From positions 11,655 to 75,654 of the forward strand of contig PEZT01000016.1 of NCBI GenBank assembly GCA_002773945.1: 64,000 nucleotides of DNA, written 5' to 3'. The translations under genes and the position numbers were made by a program. Of this stretch, positions 47,327-56,307 are shown piece after piece (positions within the stretch are counted from its first letter, which is position 1; every line of letters begins with the position of its first letter). The DNA is from Candidatus Beckwithbacteria bacterium CG10_big_fil_rev_8_21_14_0_10_34_10. Its GTDB lineage: Bacteria; Patescibacteriota; Microgenomatia; UBA1400. Under the pieces are notes generated by a model. It made no database searches, was not told the origin of the DNA, and saw only the letters and a list, made by a program, of their open reading frames with translations.

Positions 47327-49012
47327 ATGTTTAAGTTAAAAAAGAAAAGGTTATTCTTCTTAGCCTTAATTATTTTTCTTTTAATTAATCTCGGAGCTAT
47401 TTTTTTTTCTTGGCAAGGAAGAAATGTTCCCCTAGAACCAGATGATAGCGGAATCTATCTTACTTTTATTCAAGCAAATAAGAAATATAGCAGTATTTTT
47501 TCCCGCCAAGTCAAAGTCTTTGACCATCCAGTTATGTGGGATGAATATGGTGGAGCTGACAAAACTACTTTTTTCAGCTGGGGATTTTTCTGGGGAAAAA
47601 TAGCTAAGCTTACATCAATTGAGGCAGAAACTGCTTTTAAGTTAAGTTTTTATTTTGGAATTATTTTCTTTTTACTAACTCTTCTTTATTTTTTTAAAGA
47701 AAAAGGCTGGCAATTAAAAGTTATCCTAGTCTTAACTTTTTCTTTTTTTACTGGTGATGGTATTTATCATGGTTTTTGCTGGCCAGTAGCTTCTTTTTAC
47801 GCCACCACTCTTTATTTATTAATTGTAAAAATCATCTTTCAGGGAGAAAAAAACTGGTTTAGAAAAATGATTTTCATATCCCCTATTTTTTTCTTAACTC
47901 ACTCTTTGGCCACAGTCTATTTAGCTGGACTAGTAATTTATCTCCCTCTTTCTTTATATTTTTTAAAAAGTAAAGATTCTAAAACTAGAACAAGAGTTTT
48001 AAGTTTGCTAATTGCAGGCCTAACCTTTTACCTTTTCTGGTTTAAATTTTTAATCTTTAAAAACGTTGATTTAGTTAAAAACACTAATATTATTTTATCC
48101 ATCATCTCTCGCCTTCAAAGTCACGAATATTTACTTTATAAAAAATCAGCCTTACTAATTTTTGATAAATACTTTCTTACAATTCTAACCAGGCCCTTAT
48201 TTCTAACTCTTTTTATTTTAGGACTAATTGAGACTTACAAAAAAGAGAAAAAACTATTGCTTTTATATATCTCCTTCTTTTTGCTAATTATGGCTGGTCT
48301 TTTTTTCCCGGGTGGAGAAAGAATTATGCTGATTGCCTGGGTTTTAACTTTTATTATTTTTAGCTTTGGTTTAAATTATTTAATTAGTCTAGCAGCTAAA
48401 ATATTAAAGAAACAGCTCTCTTTTAAAAAACAAAAAAAGCTAATCATGCTTTTGCTAACTAATTTTTTTCTAGAAGCATCCTTTCTCGCCTTTATATTAA
48501 AACCAAACTCTTCTAAAAACATAATTTTGGAAAAATTCTTTATTTATTCTAAGATAATTATCTTAGCCATCACCCTCACTACCTTACTCTTCAATAAAAA
48601 GGCTATTCTTTCAAAACTTATCCTCCGCTGGCTATTTATAAGTTTAGCTAGTTTTTTTATCTATCTTTTTCTAGAAAAAGCAGCCATGGTTGTTTTTTTA
48701 AAAAATAGGAATAATTATCAATTTGACAAAAAAATATTTTTGTCAGAAATTGAGACTCAAAAAACGGGAACCATTATTTACAATGATAAGATTAGTTTCG
48801 CTTTGTTTTCTGGTTTAGGTTTAATTGAAAAAGAGGCTATTAAAAAAGACTATTTAACAACAAGTTATTTAAACAGGGCTAGTTATTTTATTGCTTCCCG
48901 TGCTAAATTTGATCACTGCCAGAAACAATATTGCTGGCTTGAAATGAATAATGTCAAAAGAAAAATGGAGTTAAAAGCCAAAGATAATAATTTTTTACTT
49001 TACAAATTCTAA
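47327..49012 (+). CDS. large polytopic membrane protein of unknown function (possible GT-C or polymerase)
   Basis: 561 aa, more than 12 hydrophobic segments, no recognisable motif. Confidence 0.35.
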   Translation: MFKLKKKRLFFLALIIFLLINLGAIFFSWQGRNVPLEPDDSGIYLTFIQANKKYSSIFSRQVKVFDHPVMWDEYGGADKTTFFSWGFFWGKIAKLTSIEAETAFKLSFYFGIIFFLLTLLYFFKEKGWQLKVILVLTFSFFTGDGIYHGFCWPVASFYATTLYLLIVKIIFQGEKNWFRKMIFISPIFFLTHSLATVYLAGLVIYLPLSLYFLKSKDSKTRTRVLSLLIAGLTFYLFWFKFLIFKNVDLVKNTNIILSIISRLQSHEYLLYKKSALLIFDKYFLTILTRPLFLTLFILGLIETYKKEKKLLLLYISFFLLIMAGLFFPGGERIMLIAWVLTFIIFSFGLNYLISLAAKILKKQLSFKKQKKLIMLLLTNFFLEASFLAFILKPNSSKNIILEKFFIYSKIIILAITLTTLLFNKKAILSKLILRWLFISLASFFIYLFLEKAAMVVFLKNRNNYQFDKKIFLSEIETQKTGTIIYNDKISFALFSGLGLIEKEAIKKDYLTTSYLNRASYFIASRAKFDHCQKQYCWLEMNNVKRKMELKAKDNNFLLYKF

Positions 49013-49052
49013 TTTAAGCATTACTAACTTATGCTATTATGTTAATAAAATT

Positions 49053-50162
49053 ATGCCAAAAATAAAAACACTTAAAAAAAATAAACACTTTAGGACTGTC
49101 TTTTTTTACAAAAAAAAGAATCCCTTTGCTTTTGAAAAAAATGGACCTTCTGAATTTTTATACGGCCTCAACTACTTGCAAAAAAAGATTCCTGTTTTAT
49201 CACTCTTTAGTAATGAATATCAACTAAAATATTTGCCTTTAAAATTAATAGAAAAGTTTTTAGCTAAAAAAGCTTTAACTGGAATTCATTTTCAAGCTTT
49301 TCTAAATAATAAAAATAAAATTTCAGAAAATGATCTTATTTTTGCTGTTAATGATGGCTTAAGCTTTGGTTTATTATTCTATAAATTAATAAATAAATTA
49401 GACAACCGAATTATTGTCTTAATTCAAGGCATTCATGATCGTTATAAATATTTCAAAAACTCTAAAATCTTGATTAATTTTTACCAAAAGCTTTTAGAAA
49501 AAGCTGATCTTATTCTTACTCTCTCAGAATATGAAAAAAAAATATTAACGAGATTTTTAAAAATAAATCCTCAGAAAATAAAAGTTTTTTATTTCGGAGT
49601 AGATTTAAAATACTGGGATAAAAATAAGGTTAGAGAAAAGAAACTAAAAAAAGAGTTTGTTCTAACCTTGGGCAATGATATGCACCGAGATTATTCTCTT
49701 CTCATAAATCATTACCACTTAAATATACCCTTAAAGTTTATTACTAAAACGTTGACTCCAGATCAATTAAAAAATCTTAAGGGGAAAAATTTTCAATATC
49801 ACTTAAGTGTTTCTAATCAAGAATTGCGCCAGTTATATTATCGAGCAAAATTCATTATTGTTCCCTTAAAAAATACTCTGGCTACTTCTGGTTTAAGTGT
49901 TACTCTCCAAGCAATGGCCATGGAAAAACCAGTCTTATTAGCTGAAGCTCCAGCCTTAAAAGAATTATTTAAGAATTATCATCATGTTCTCTATTATAAG
50001 ATGAATGATTCAAAATCATTTAAGCAAAAGCTGAAAGAATTAAATCAAAATAAACATTTAAGAAATAAGCTCTCAAAAAACGGCAGAGAGTTAATCGAAA
50101 AACAGTTTAATACCAATTATATGGGAAAAAATCTCCGGCAAATAATTAAATCTTTTTATTAA
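49053..50162 (+). CDS. GT-B glycosyltransferase (GT4-like, divergent)
   Basis: C-terminal ...ATSGLSVTLQAMAMEKPVLLAEAPALKELF. Confidence 0.5.
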   Translation: MPKIKTLKKNKHFRTVFFYKKKNPFAFEKNGPSEFLYGLNYLQKKIPVLSLFSNEYQLKYLPLKLIEKFLAKKALTGIHFQAFLNNKNKISENDLIFAVNDGLSFGLLFYKLINKLDNRIIVLIQGIHDRYKYFKNSKILINFYQKLLEKADLILTLSEYEKKILTRFLKINPQKIKVFYFGVDLKYWDKNKVREKKLKKEFVLTLGNDMHRDYSLLINHYHLNIPLKFITKTLTPDQLKNLKGKNFQYHLSVSNQELRQLYYRAKFIIVPLKNTLATSGLSVTLQAMAMEKPVLLAEAPALKELFKNYHHVLYYKMNDSKSFKQKLKELNQNKHLRNKLSKNGRELIEKQFNTNYMGKNLRQIIKSFY

Positions 50163-51285
50163 GCCTTTTATAAATCTGAAGTGTTTGGGCGGCTGTTTTT
50201 TCCCAAGAATAATCTTTACTTTTTTTAAAACCTTTTTTAATAATAGCCATTGTTTCTTTTTCTTCTAAAGATTTGTCCAAGGCTTTAACGATGCTTTTAA
50301 CATCCTTGGGGTTAAAATAAATGGCTCCGTTTTGAATTACTTCTTTAAAGACCGGAATTTTAGAACATAAAACTAAAGTGCTACAGGAAGCGGCTTCAAT
50401 TAAAGGCAAACCAAAACCTTCAATCAAGGAAGGAGAAACAAGGGCATGACAGCAGTTGTAAAACATGACTAAATCTTTATCTTTAACATAACCAAAATTT
50501 AAAACCTTGTTTTTAAGACCAATTCTTTTTATAAATTCTTTTTCCTTCTGGCTAAATTTATTTCCTCCAAGAGTAACTAGTTTAAAATCATCTTTTTTTG
50601 ACCATAAACTAAAGGCCTTTACTAAAGATATAAAGTTTTTATAATGTCCTCTGGGGCCTAAATAAAGCAGAAAAGGTGAATCAAGTTTATATTTTTCAAG
50701 AAATCTATTTTTAACTTCTTTGTTAGTTATTTTCTTAAAAATTTTGTCTTTTCCCGGATAAACTACAAAAATATTTTCCCTATCAATTTTATAAAGTTCT
50801 AAAAGGTCTCTTTTAGTGCTTTTGGAAATGCAAATGACCGCATCAGCTGACTTAATTATCTGCTTTTTTCTTTTTCTAAAAAGATCATTTTTTCTGCCCA
50901 AAAAATATTGGGGAAATAATTCGTGAATCATATCATAGACTGTCACTACCTGCTTAATATCTTTATCAGGATGTTTAGTGTAATAAGTAGAATGAAAAAT
51001 ATCTCCCTTTTCCTTAAGCCAATATTTGTTTAAAATTACTTGATTAACTGGTTTAATTATGGTTTCCGATATTATATTAGGTAAAAGAAAGGGAATTTTT
51101 TTTATTTTAGAAGTTTTAATTTTTTGACTGAGATTGAATTTCTCTTTAATACTAGGGTGCAAAAAAAGCTTAACCCCTACTCTTTTGTCAATCTTATTTA
51201 ATAAAGGAAGGTAACCGTTAAAGTAACGGCCGACTCCACCCCCTTTTTTAAGACTATACATAATCCCATCAATTAAAATTTTCAT
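50146..51285 (-). CDS. glycosyltransferase family 4
   Basis: VSPSLIEGFGLPLIEAASCSTLVLCSKIPVFKEVIQNGAIYFNP. Confidence 0.75.
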   Translation of the reverse strand: MKILIDGIMYSLKKGGGVGRYFNGYLPLLNKIDKRVGVKLFLHPSIKEKFNLSQKIKTSKIKKIPFLLPNIISETIIKPVNQVILNKYWLKEKGDIFHSTYYTKHPDKDIKQVVTVYDMIHELFPQYFLGRKNDLFRKRKKQIIKSADAVICISKSTKRDLLELYKIDRENIFVVYPGKDKIFKKITNKEVKNRFLEKYKLDSPFLLYLGPRGHYKNFISLVKAFSLWSKKDDFKLVTLGGNKFSQKEKEFIKRIGLKNKVLNFGYVKDKDLVMFYNCCHALVSPSLIEGFGLPLIEAASCSTLVLCSKIPVFKEVIQNGAIYFNPKDVKSIVKALDKSLEEKETMAIIKKGFKKSKDYSWEKTAAQTLQIYKRLNKKI

Positions 51286-51812
51286 TAAAATCCTTGTTTC
51301 AATTCTTCTTCATCTTCCCATAAAATCTTAAGTTCATCTGTCATTGGTTTTAATTCTTTAGCCATTTGTTTTAGCTTTAGTCTTAGTTTTTCTTTGTTTT
51401 CATCAGGCATGGCTTCTAATCTATCAGAAAGGCTAGTTACTACTTCTGTAACTTTATTAGGCAGCTGACCCAAGCTTCTAATAATTAAAGGCAAGGTGCT
51501 AAGAAAAACAAGTAAAAAAGCAAAAAGAATAATTAAAAATTTAACAAAAAACAAGGTTAATTCATTAAACAGTTTTTTTCTGACGGTTAAACCAACAGGT
51601 TTTCTCACTGTATCTTCAGCCTTTAGTTTAATAATATTTTTAAAATACTTTTCTTTTTCTCTTTCTAAATCTTTATATGCTCCGTCCAAACTTTTATTCT
51701 CCACCATTAAAGACAATTCTGGCATAAAAAGATAATATTTGTCTTTTGTTTTTTTAAGGATTAAGTTGTAGTCTAAATTCATAAAATAATTGAGATTTTT
51801 CTTTTTGTTCAT
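51285..51812 (-). CDS. hypothetical single-pass membrane protein with a HicB/UPF0150-like N-terminal pattern
   Basis: N-terminus YNLILKKTKDKYYLFMPELSLMVENKSLDGAYKDL, then TM LTLFFVKFLIILFAFLLVFLSTLPLII, then a coiled-coil K/E-rich tail. Confidence 0.35.
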   Translation of the reverse strand: MNKKKNLNYFMNLDYNLILKKTKDKYYLFMPELSLMVENKSLDGAYKDLEREKEKYFKNIIKLKAEDTVRKPVGLTVRKKLFNELTLFFVKFLIILFAFLLVFLSTLPLIIRSLGQLPNKVTEVVTSLSDRLEAMPDENKEKLRLKLKQMAKELKPMTDELKILWEDEEELKQGF

Positions 51813-51822
51813 AGTTTCTCCT

Positions 51823-53709
51823 TTAATTAACTAAAGTTAAAATTGCTACTTTAGAATTATCCAGCTTGTTATATTTTAAATCAAAATTGCTTTTTTTGAT
51901 AATTTCTTCAGCTTGTTCGCTTTTAACCACAATCACAATTTCCCCATAACGATCCACTAATTCTTTTACATTACCTGAAATAATATCACTTATATCTTTA
52001 TCATACTGTTTTAAATGCTCTTCTCTTTCTCCAGGGGCCCCAACCGTCGCTCCACTAAGAGGCGCTGATGAATAAAGAGCCAAAGCATAACCGATTTTTT
52101 CCCACTCTAAGCCACTCCGCAGCTTGGGCGCAATTATTAAGGCTTTCTTGTCTTGAGTTACTCTCTTAATTAACATCTGATCTTTCTTACTAAACAACTG
52201 AGTAATTTCATTACCATAAACGACTTTTTCAGGCGCTTTAAGATAACCTTTAATTTCCCCAATATGAGCTATTGATAAAAAAACCATGAGTAAAATAACT
52301 AAAAACTCCCTCTTTTTTTTGGTTTTCAAAAGGTAAATCTGAAGAAATTTATTAAGATAAACAACTAATCCTAAAGTAATAAAAAGCATTAAGGGAATAG
52401 CGAATCTACCGATTGATCGAACAAAAATAAACTGCCGCCAAAACATCGCTATCAATAAAGTAGGCGTAGGAAGATCATTAAATCTTATTCCCCCCAAATG
52501 AATTATATTCCCCCAGCTTAAAACATAGAGTAAAAAGGCGGCACTGGCAAATATAAAAGGTAAGCTGAAAAAATGATCAAGAAAAAATATTTTTGCAGTC
52601 CATTTCATTCTCAATTTCATTAAAAAAGAACGGGGATTTTTATAAAAGTTAAAAACACCAATTAAAACATAAAATAAAAGTAAGCTTATTGTAACTGTCC
52701 CTAAATAAGCAAAGCCTTCATATTGGCCAGCTTGTAAATGACGCGAAGTTAAAGGAAAACCAGCTTTTGCAAGATAAGCTGTTGGACCCATCCCTATCTC
52801 TTTAAGCAGGTCTGGACTTTCCTCAGGAGGAATAAATAAAGTTAGGACATCGGCAACATGAAAGCCACTCCCAAATCCACCGCCATATCCCCAATTTGTT
52901 CGAAATCTAGTTGTAAAAAGGCTTGTTTCTGGAGGCACTTTTAGATTATCCTGGTTACCAAGAATAGAAAAGACAACACTAGAAAGAAACAACCCTAAAA
53001 CAAAAGCAAATAATCCCCTAATTAGTCTTTTTTGATTAACTTTCTTTTTGTTAATAGTAAATTCCAAAATATTAAAGCCCAATAAAACCAGGAAAATAAA
53101 AGAAATTCCAAAAGAAAGATAATAGGCTATTAAAGAAGATAGGGGAAAAACCAGGGCCAAAATTACCGCCAGCCTCCAACTTGGTTTTTTGTAAAAACAA
53201 ATATACAAATAACTAAAAATTAAATATAAAGGAAAGTAATAAACTTGCATCGAGATACCATAATAAAAAGAGCTTCTGAAAAGTAGAGCCGGTGATAAAC
53301 TGACTAAAACTGCACCCAGTAATTTTATTGGCCACCATCTTACTTTAAACTTATCCAGTAAAAGACAAGTAAAATAAGCCGTTAAAAAAACAGCCATTAT
53401 TTCTACTAAAGGAAAATAATAGAATTTCCCCAGTAAAGGGAAGATTTTAGATAAAAATTTCAAAATTAGACTAAAAAGAGGAAAAGCCCTTGTAATATTA
53501 GCTGTTTGAAAAGGAAATGATAAACTTTTAATACTACCCAAAGGAAAACTAAAGTTCTCCTTAGCAAAAATTAAATATCTTCCCCAGATGCTCATCACGT
53601 CTGAGTTTGTAATAACGGGCATCTTACCGGAAAATGGCAAGCAATTCTGCCATCTTAAAGAAAAAACAGCCGTGACTAACAGGGCTAGAATAATATTCTG
53701 CTTTTTCAT
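51823..53709 (-). CDS. large polytopic membrane protein with a C-terminal soluble domain (unknown function; YfhO/GT-C-like architecture)
   Basis: 628 aa, more than 12 TM segments, glycine-rich loop NWGYGGGFGSGFHVAD. Confidence 0.35.
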   Translation of the reverse strand: MKKQNIILALLVTAVFSLRWQNCLPFSGKMPVITNSDVMSIWGRYLIFAKENFSFPLGSIKSLSFPFQTANITRAFPLFSLILKFLSKIFPLLGKFYYFPLVEIMAVFLTAYFTCLLLDKFKVRWWPIKLLGAVLVSLSPALLFRSSFYYGISMQVYYFPLYLIFSYLYICFYKKPSWRLAVILALVFPLSSLIAYYLSFGISFIFLVLLGFNILEFTINKKKVNQKRLIRGLFAFVLGLFLSSVVFSILGNQDNLKVPPETSLFTTRFRTNWGYGGGFGSGFHVADVLTLFIPPEESPDLLKEIGMGPTAYLAKAGFPLTSRHLQAGQYEGFAYLGTVTISLLLFYVLIGVFNFYKNPRSFLMKLRMKWTAKIFFLDHFFSLPFIFASAAFLLYVLSWGNIIHLGGIRFNDLPTPTLLIAMFWRQFIFVRSIGRFAIPLMLFITLGLVVYLNKFLQIYLLKTKKKREFLVILLMVFLSIAHIGEIKGYLKAPEKVVYGNEITQLFSKKDQMLIKRVTQDKKALIIAPKLRSGLEWEKIGYALALYSSAPLSGATVGAPGEREEHLKQYDKDISDIISGNVKELVDRYGEIVIVVKSEQAEEIIKKSNFDLKYNKLDNSKVAILTLVN

Positions 53710-54557
53710 TATATTTTTTTTGCTATAACGTAAATAATATCATGAAGATTTAAATAAAAATTGCCTTTTATAAGTTTTGAATTTTTAATATAATTGTACC
53801 AATGTTTTTTATTGCTTCTTATGGATAAAATAATATAAATCATGTGATGAAGACTGCGATAGTAACCACATGAACGACAGTAAATTACCCTGAAGCCATT
53901 TTTATTCAATAGCTTGGTGATTGTTTTTTTAGAAAAATAGTGGAGATGAGTCGGCGGATGAATCAAACGCCACTTCTTCCCCCTTATTCTGGCCACTAAA
54001 CTACCAATATCGCCAGTAGTTATAGCCAATAAGGCCCCCTTATTCATACTTTTCCTTACTTTTCTAAGATATAAGTCCGGCCTTTTTAAGTGCTCTATTG
54101 TATCCCAAAAACAAACAACATCAAATCTCTTTTTACTAAAATTTCGGGGAACGAAATTGCTTCTGATTGCCTTGAAGCCTAGTTTTTGTTTAACATATTT
54201 TACTGCCGGTGACGAAATATCAATCCCCAATATTTCATTAAAATTATCTTTAACTAAATCAAGAAAAAGACCATAAGCACAGCCGATTTTCAAAAGCCGT
54301 TGGTGTTTTTTAAAATCAAGGAATTTTCTTAAAGCTTGCCAGCGTAATTTAAAATTTTTCTGCCAAACTTTTTTGTCTGCTAGATAATTACGAAATTCAT
54401 CACCATAAAAATAGTTTTTCCCATAAAGCTTATTTAGCTTCTTTATACATAAGTTATCAGAATAAAAAATATGGCTACAGTTAGAACATTTTAAAAGCCC
54501 AATATTACGATAAAGAAATTTGCTTTTTTTATTACCACAAACAATACATTTTTTCAT
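53709..54557 (-). CDS. class I SAM-dependent methyltransferase with an N-terminal zinc ribbon
   Basis: CIVCGN...CSNCSH then LLKIGCAYGLFLD...ILGIDIS...VVCFWDTIEHL. Confidence 0.7.
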   Translation of the reverse strand: MKKCIVCGNKKSKFLYRNIGLLKCSNCSHIFYSDNLCIKKLNKLYGKNYFYGDEFRNYLADKKVWQKNFKLRWQALRKFLDFKKHQRLLKIGCAYGLFLDLVKDNFNEILGIDISSPAVKYVKQKLGFKAIRSNFVPRNFSKKRFDVVCFWDTIEHLKRPDLYLRKVRKSMNKGALLAITTGDIGSLVARIRGKKWRLIHPPTHLHYFSKKTITKLLNKNGFRVIYCRSCGYYRSLHHMIYIILSIRSNKKHWYNYIKNSKLIKGNFYLNLHDIIYVIAKKI

Positions 54558-54562
54558 CTACG

Positions 54563-55390
54563 TTACTGTTTTATTATTAAACATTGAGAATCCCAAAGCT
54601 CAATAATAGGCTCTTTTCTTTTCTTAAAAAATTCATCAAAGGCTTTTTTAACTCCCGGCGCATTAATACTATTATAATCATGAGATAAAATAACCCCGCC
54701 TACATTCATTCTTCTATAAAAAAAGTTAAGACAGTCTTTAGTACTTTTGTACAAATCTACATCTAGATGAACAAAAGAAAATTTACGCTTACTAATAGGA
54801 CCAGCAGTCTTAGGAAACATACCTTTATAAAAATATAAATTAGAATATTCTTTAAGATTTGCTTTTACTTCTTTTAAGGAGGTATTTTTCATTTCCCCTT
54901 TTACCAACAAGTCATCTTGGCTACTATCGGGTTTTGGCAACCCAGCAAAAGTATCGAACAGGTGGAAGTTCTTTTTCCCTTTTGCCTCAGATATTATTTT
55001 AGCCGAACCGCCACGATAAACACCTACCTCGGCTAAATCACCCGGTAAATTTTCGGCTTTCTTAGCATAGATATATAGATTTCCCATTTCCCTAAAACTT
55101 AAAAGAGGTTTTATAAATCCAGGGTTATCTTGTGTTATTAAAATTAGGTCTAACAGTTTTTTGTTTTGACAAATAACACTATTGGCTAGTTCTAGTGCTT
55201 TTAAAACTAAAGTTGGATATTTTTTCCACATAAACTTTGGAAAAACCGTATAAAAAAACAAGATAAAAGCTTTATATAACAAGGGGAAGCCTCGCCAATC
55301 ACGTTTAAGCTTAGACTCAAATAAATTAAGCAAGACTTTTAAAAAACCTTGCTTTTGAATATTTTCTCTTACTTTTTCAAAATTAGGCAT
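54563..55390 (-). CDS. TylF/MycF-family (macrocin-type) SAM-dependent O-methyltransferase
   Basis: GDLAEVGVYRGGSA...FDTFAGLP...FVHLDVDLYKSTKDCL...GGVILSHDY. Confidence 0.7.
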   Translation of the reverse strand: MPNFEKVRENIQKQGFLKVLLNLFESKLKRDWRGFPLLYKAFILFFYTVFPKFMWKKYPTLVLKALELANSVICQNKKLLDLILITQDNPGFIKPLLSFREMGNLYIYAKKAENLPGDLAEVGVYRGGSAKIISEAKGKKNFHLFDTFAGLPKPDSSQDDLLVKGEMKNTSLKEVKANLKEYSNLYFYKGMFPKTAGPISKRKFSFVHLDVDLYKSTKDCLNFFYRRMNVGGVILSHDYNSINAPGVKKAFDEFFKKRKEPIIELWDSQCLIIKQ

Positions 55391-55391
55391 A

Positions 55392-56300
55392 CTACAATTT
55401 ATTAATAATTAAGTTCTTTTCTAGTTTTTTAGGTTCTTTAAAATAACTTAACAATCCATGAAAACCCGCTATTGAGTGATTATCAAATCGATTATACACC
55501 AATTTCCAGACACGAGAAACGAAAATAATTAAAAATACTTTTACCCAAAAATTTAAAAAATTATTATATTTTCGACAAAAATAAAGCCTATTTCTAACCA
55601 TAAAGAAGCTGTTTTTTTCATTAATTTTATTAGTTGTTGTAGAAACCTTATGCCAAACATATGCATTTGTTAAGGCCCTTATTTTATATCCTGCCTTGGC
55701 AAAACGAACGCAAAGATCAATGTCCTCCCAATAAAGAAAATAATAAGGATCAAAGGCTCCTAATTTTTTAATTACATCAGTTCGGATTAGCATGGCTGCT
55801 CCAGCCACATAATCAGTATTTAATAATTTTTTTTTGCTATTGGGGGAGGGTTTATTCTGATTCCAAATATTTATCTTGGCCATAGGCCAAGTAAGATTAG
55901 CCCTTAAAAACCAAATTTTTTTTGGTTTATTGTAATAAAAAATTTGAGGACCAAGAATAGCTACCTTCTTATCTTCTTCAGCCACTTTAACTAACCTGGT
56001 TAATACTTGAGAATGGACAACAGTATCATTATTTAGAATAAAAACGTAGTCTACCTTGGCTTCCAAAGCCTGTTTTATTCCCATGTTATTTCCACCAGCA
56101 AAACCAAGGTTTTTTTTGTTTCTGATTACTTTAATTCTAGGAAATTTCTTTCTTATAATATTTGTAGGATCTTTTAAAGAACCATTATCAACCACTATCA
56201 CTTTATGATCATGATAATTTATTTTTTTTAAAGATTCTAAACACTCTAAAGTATCTTTTGTCTGATTCCAGTTTAAAACAATAATAAAAACTTTTGGCAT
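55392..56300 (-). CDS. glycosyltransferase family 2
   Basis: KVFIIVLNWNQTKDTLECL...VIVVDNGS...NLGFAGGNNMGI...LNNDT. Confidence 0.75.
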   Translation of the reverse strand: MPKVFIIVLNWNQTKDTLECLESLKKINYHDHKVIVVDNGSLKDPTNIIRKKFPRIKVIRNKKNLGFAGGNNMGIKQALEAKVDYVFILNNDTVVHSQVLTRLVKVAEEDKKVAILGPQIFYYNKPKKIWFLRANLTWPMAKINIWNQNKPSPNSKKKLLNTDYVAGAAMLIRTDVIKKLGAFDPYYFLYWEDIDLCVRFAKAGYKIRALTNAYVWHKVSTTTNKINEKNSFFMVRNRLYFCRKYNNFLNFWVKVFLIIFVSRVWKLVYNRFDNHSIAGFHGLLSYFKEPKKLEKNLIINKL

Positions 56301-56307
56301 AGAAAAA

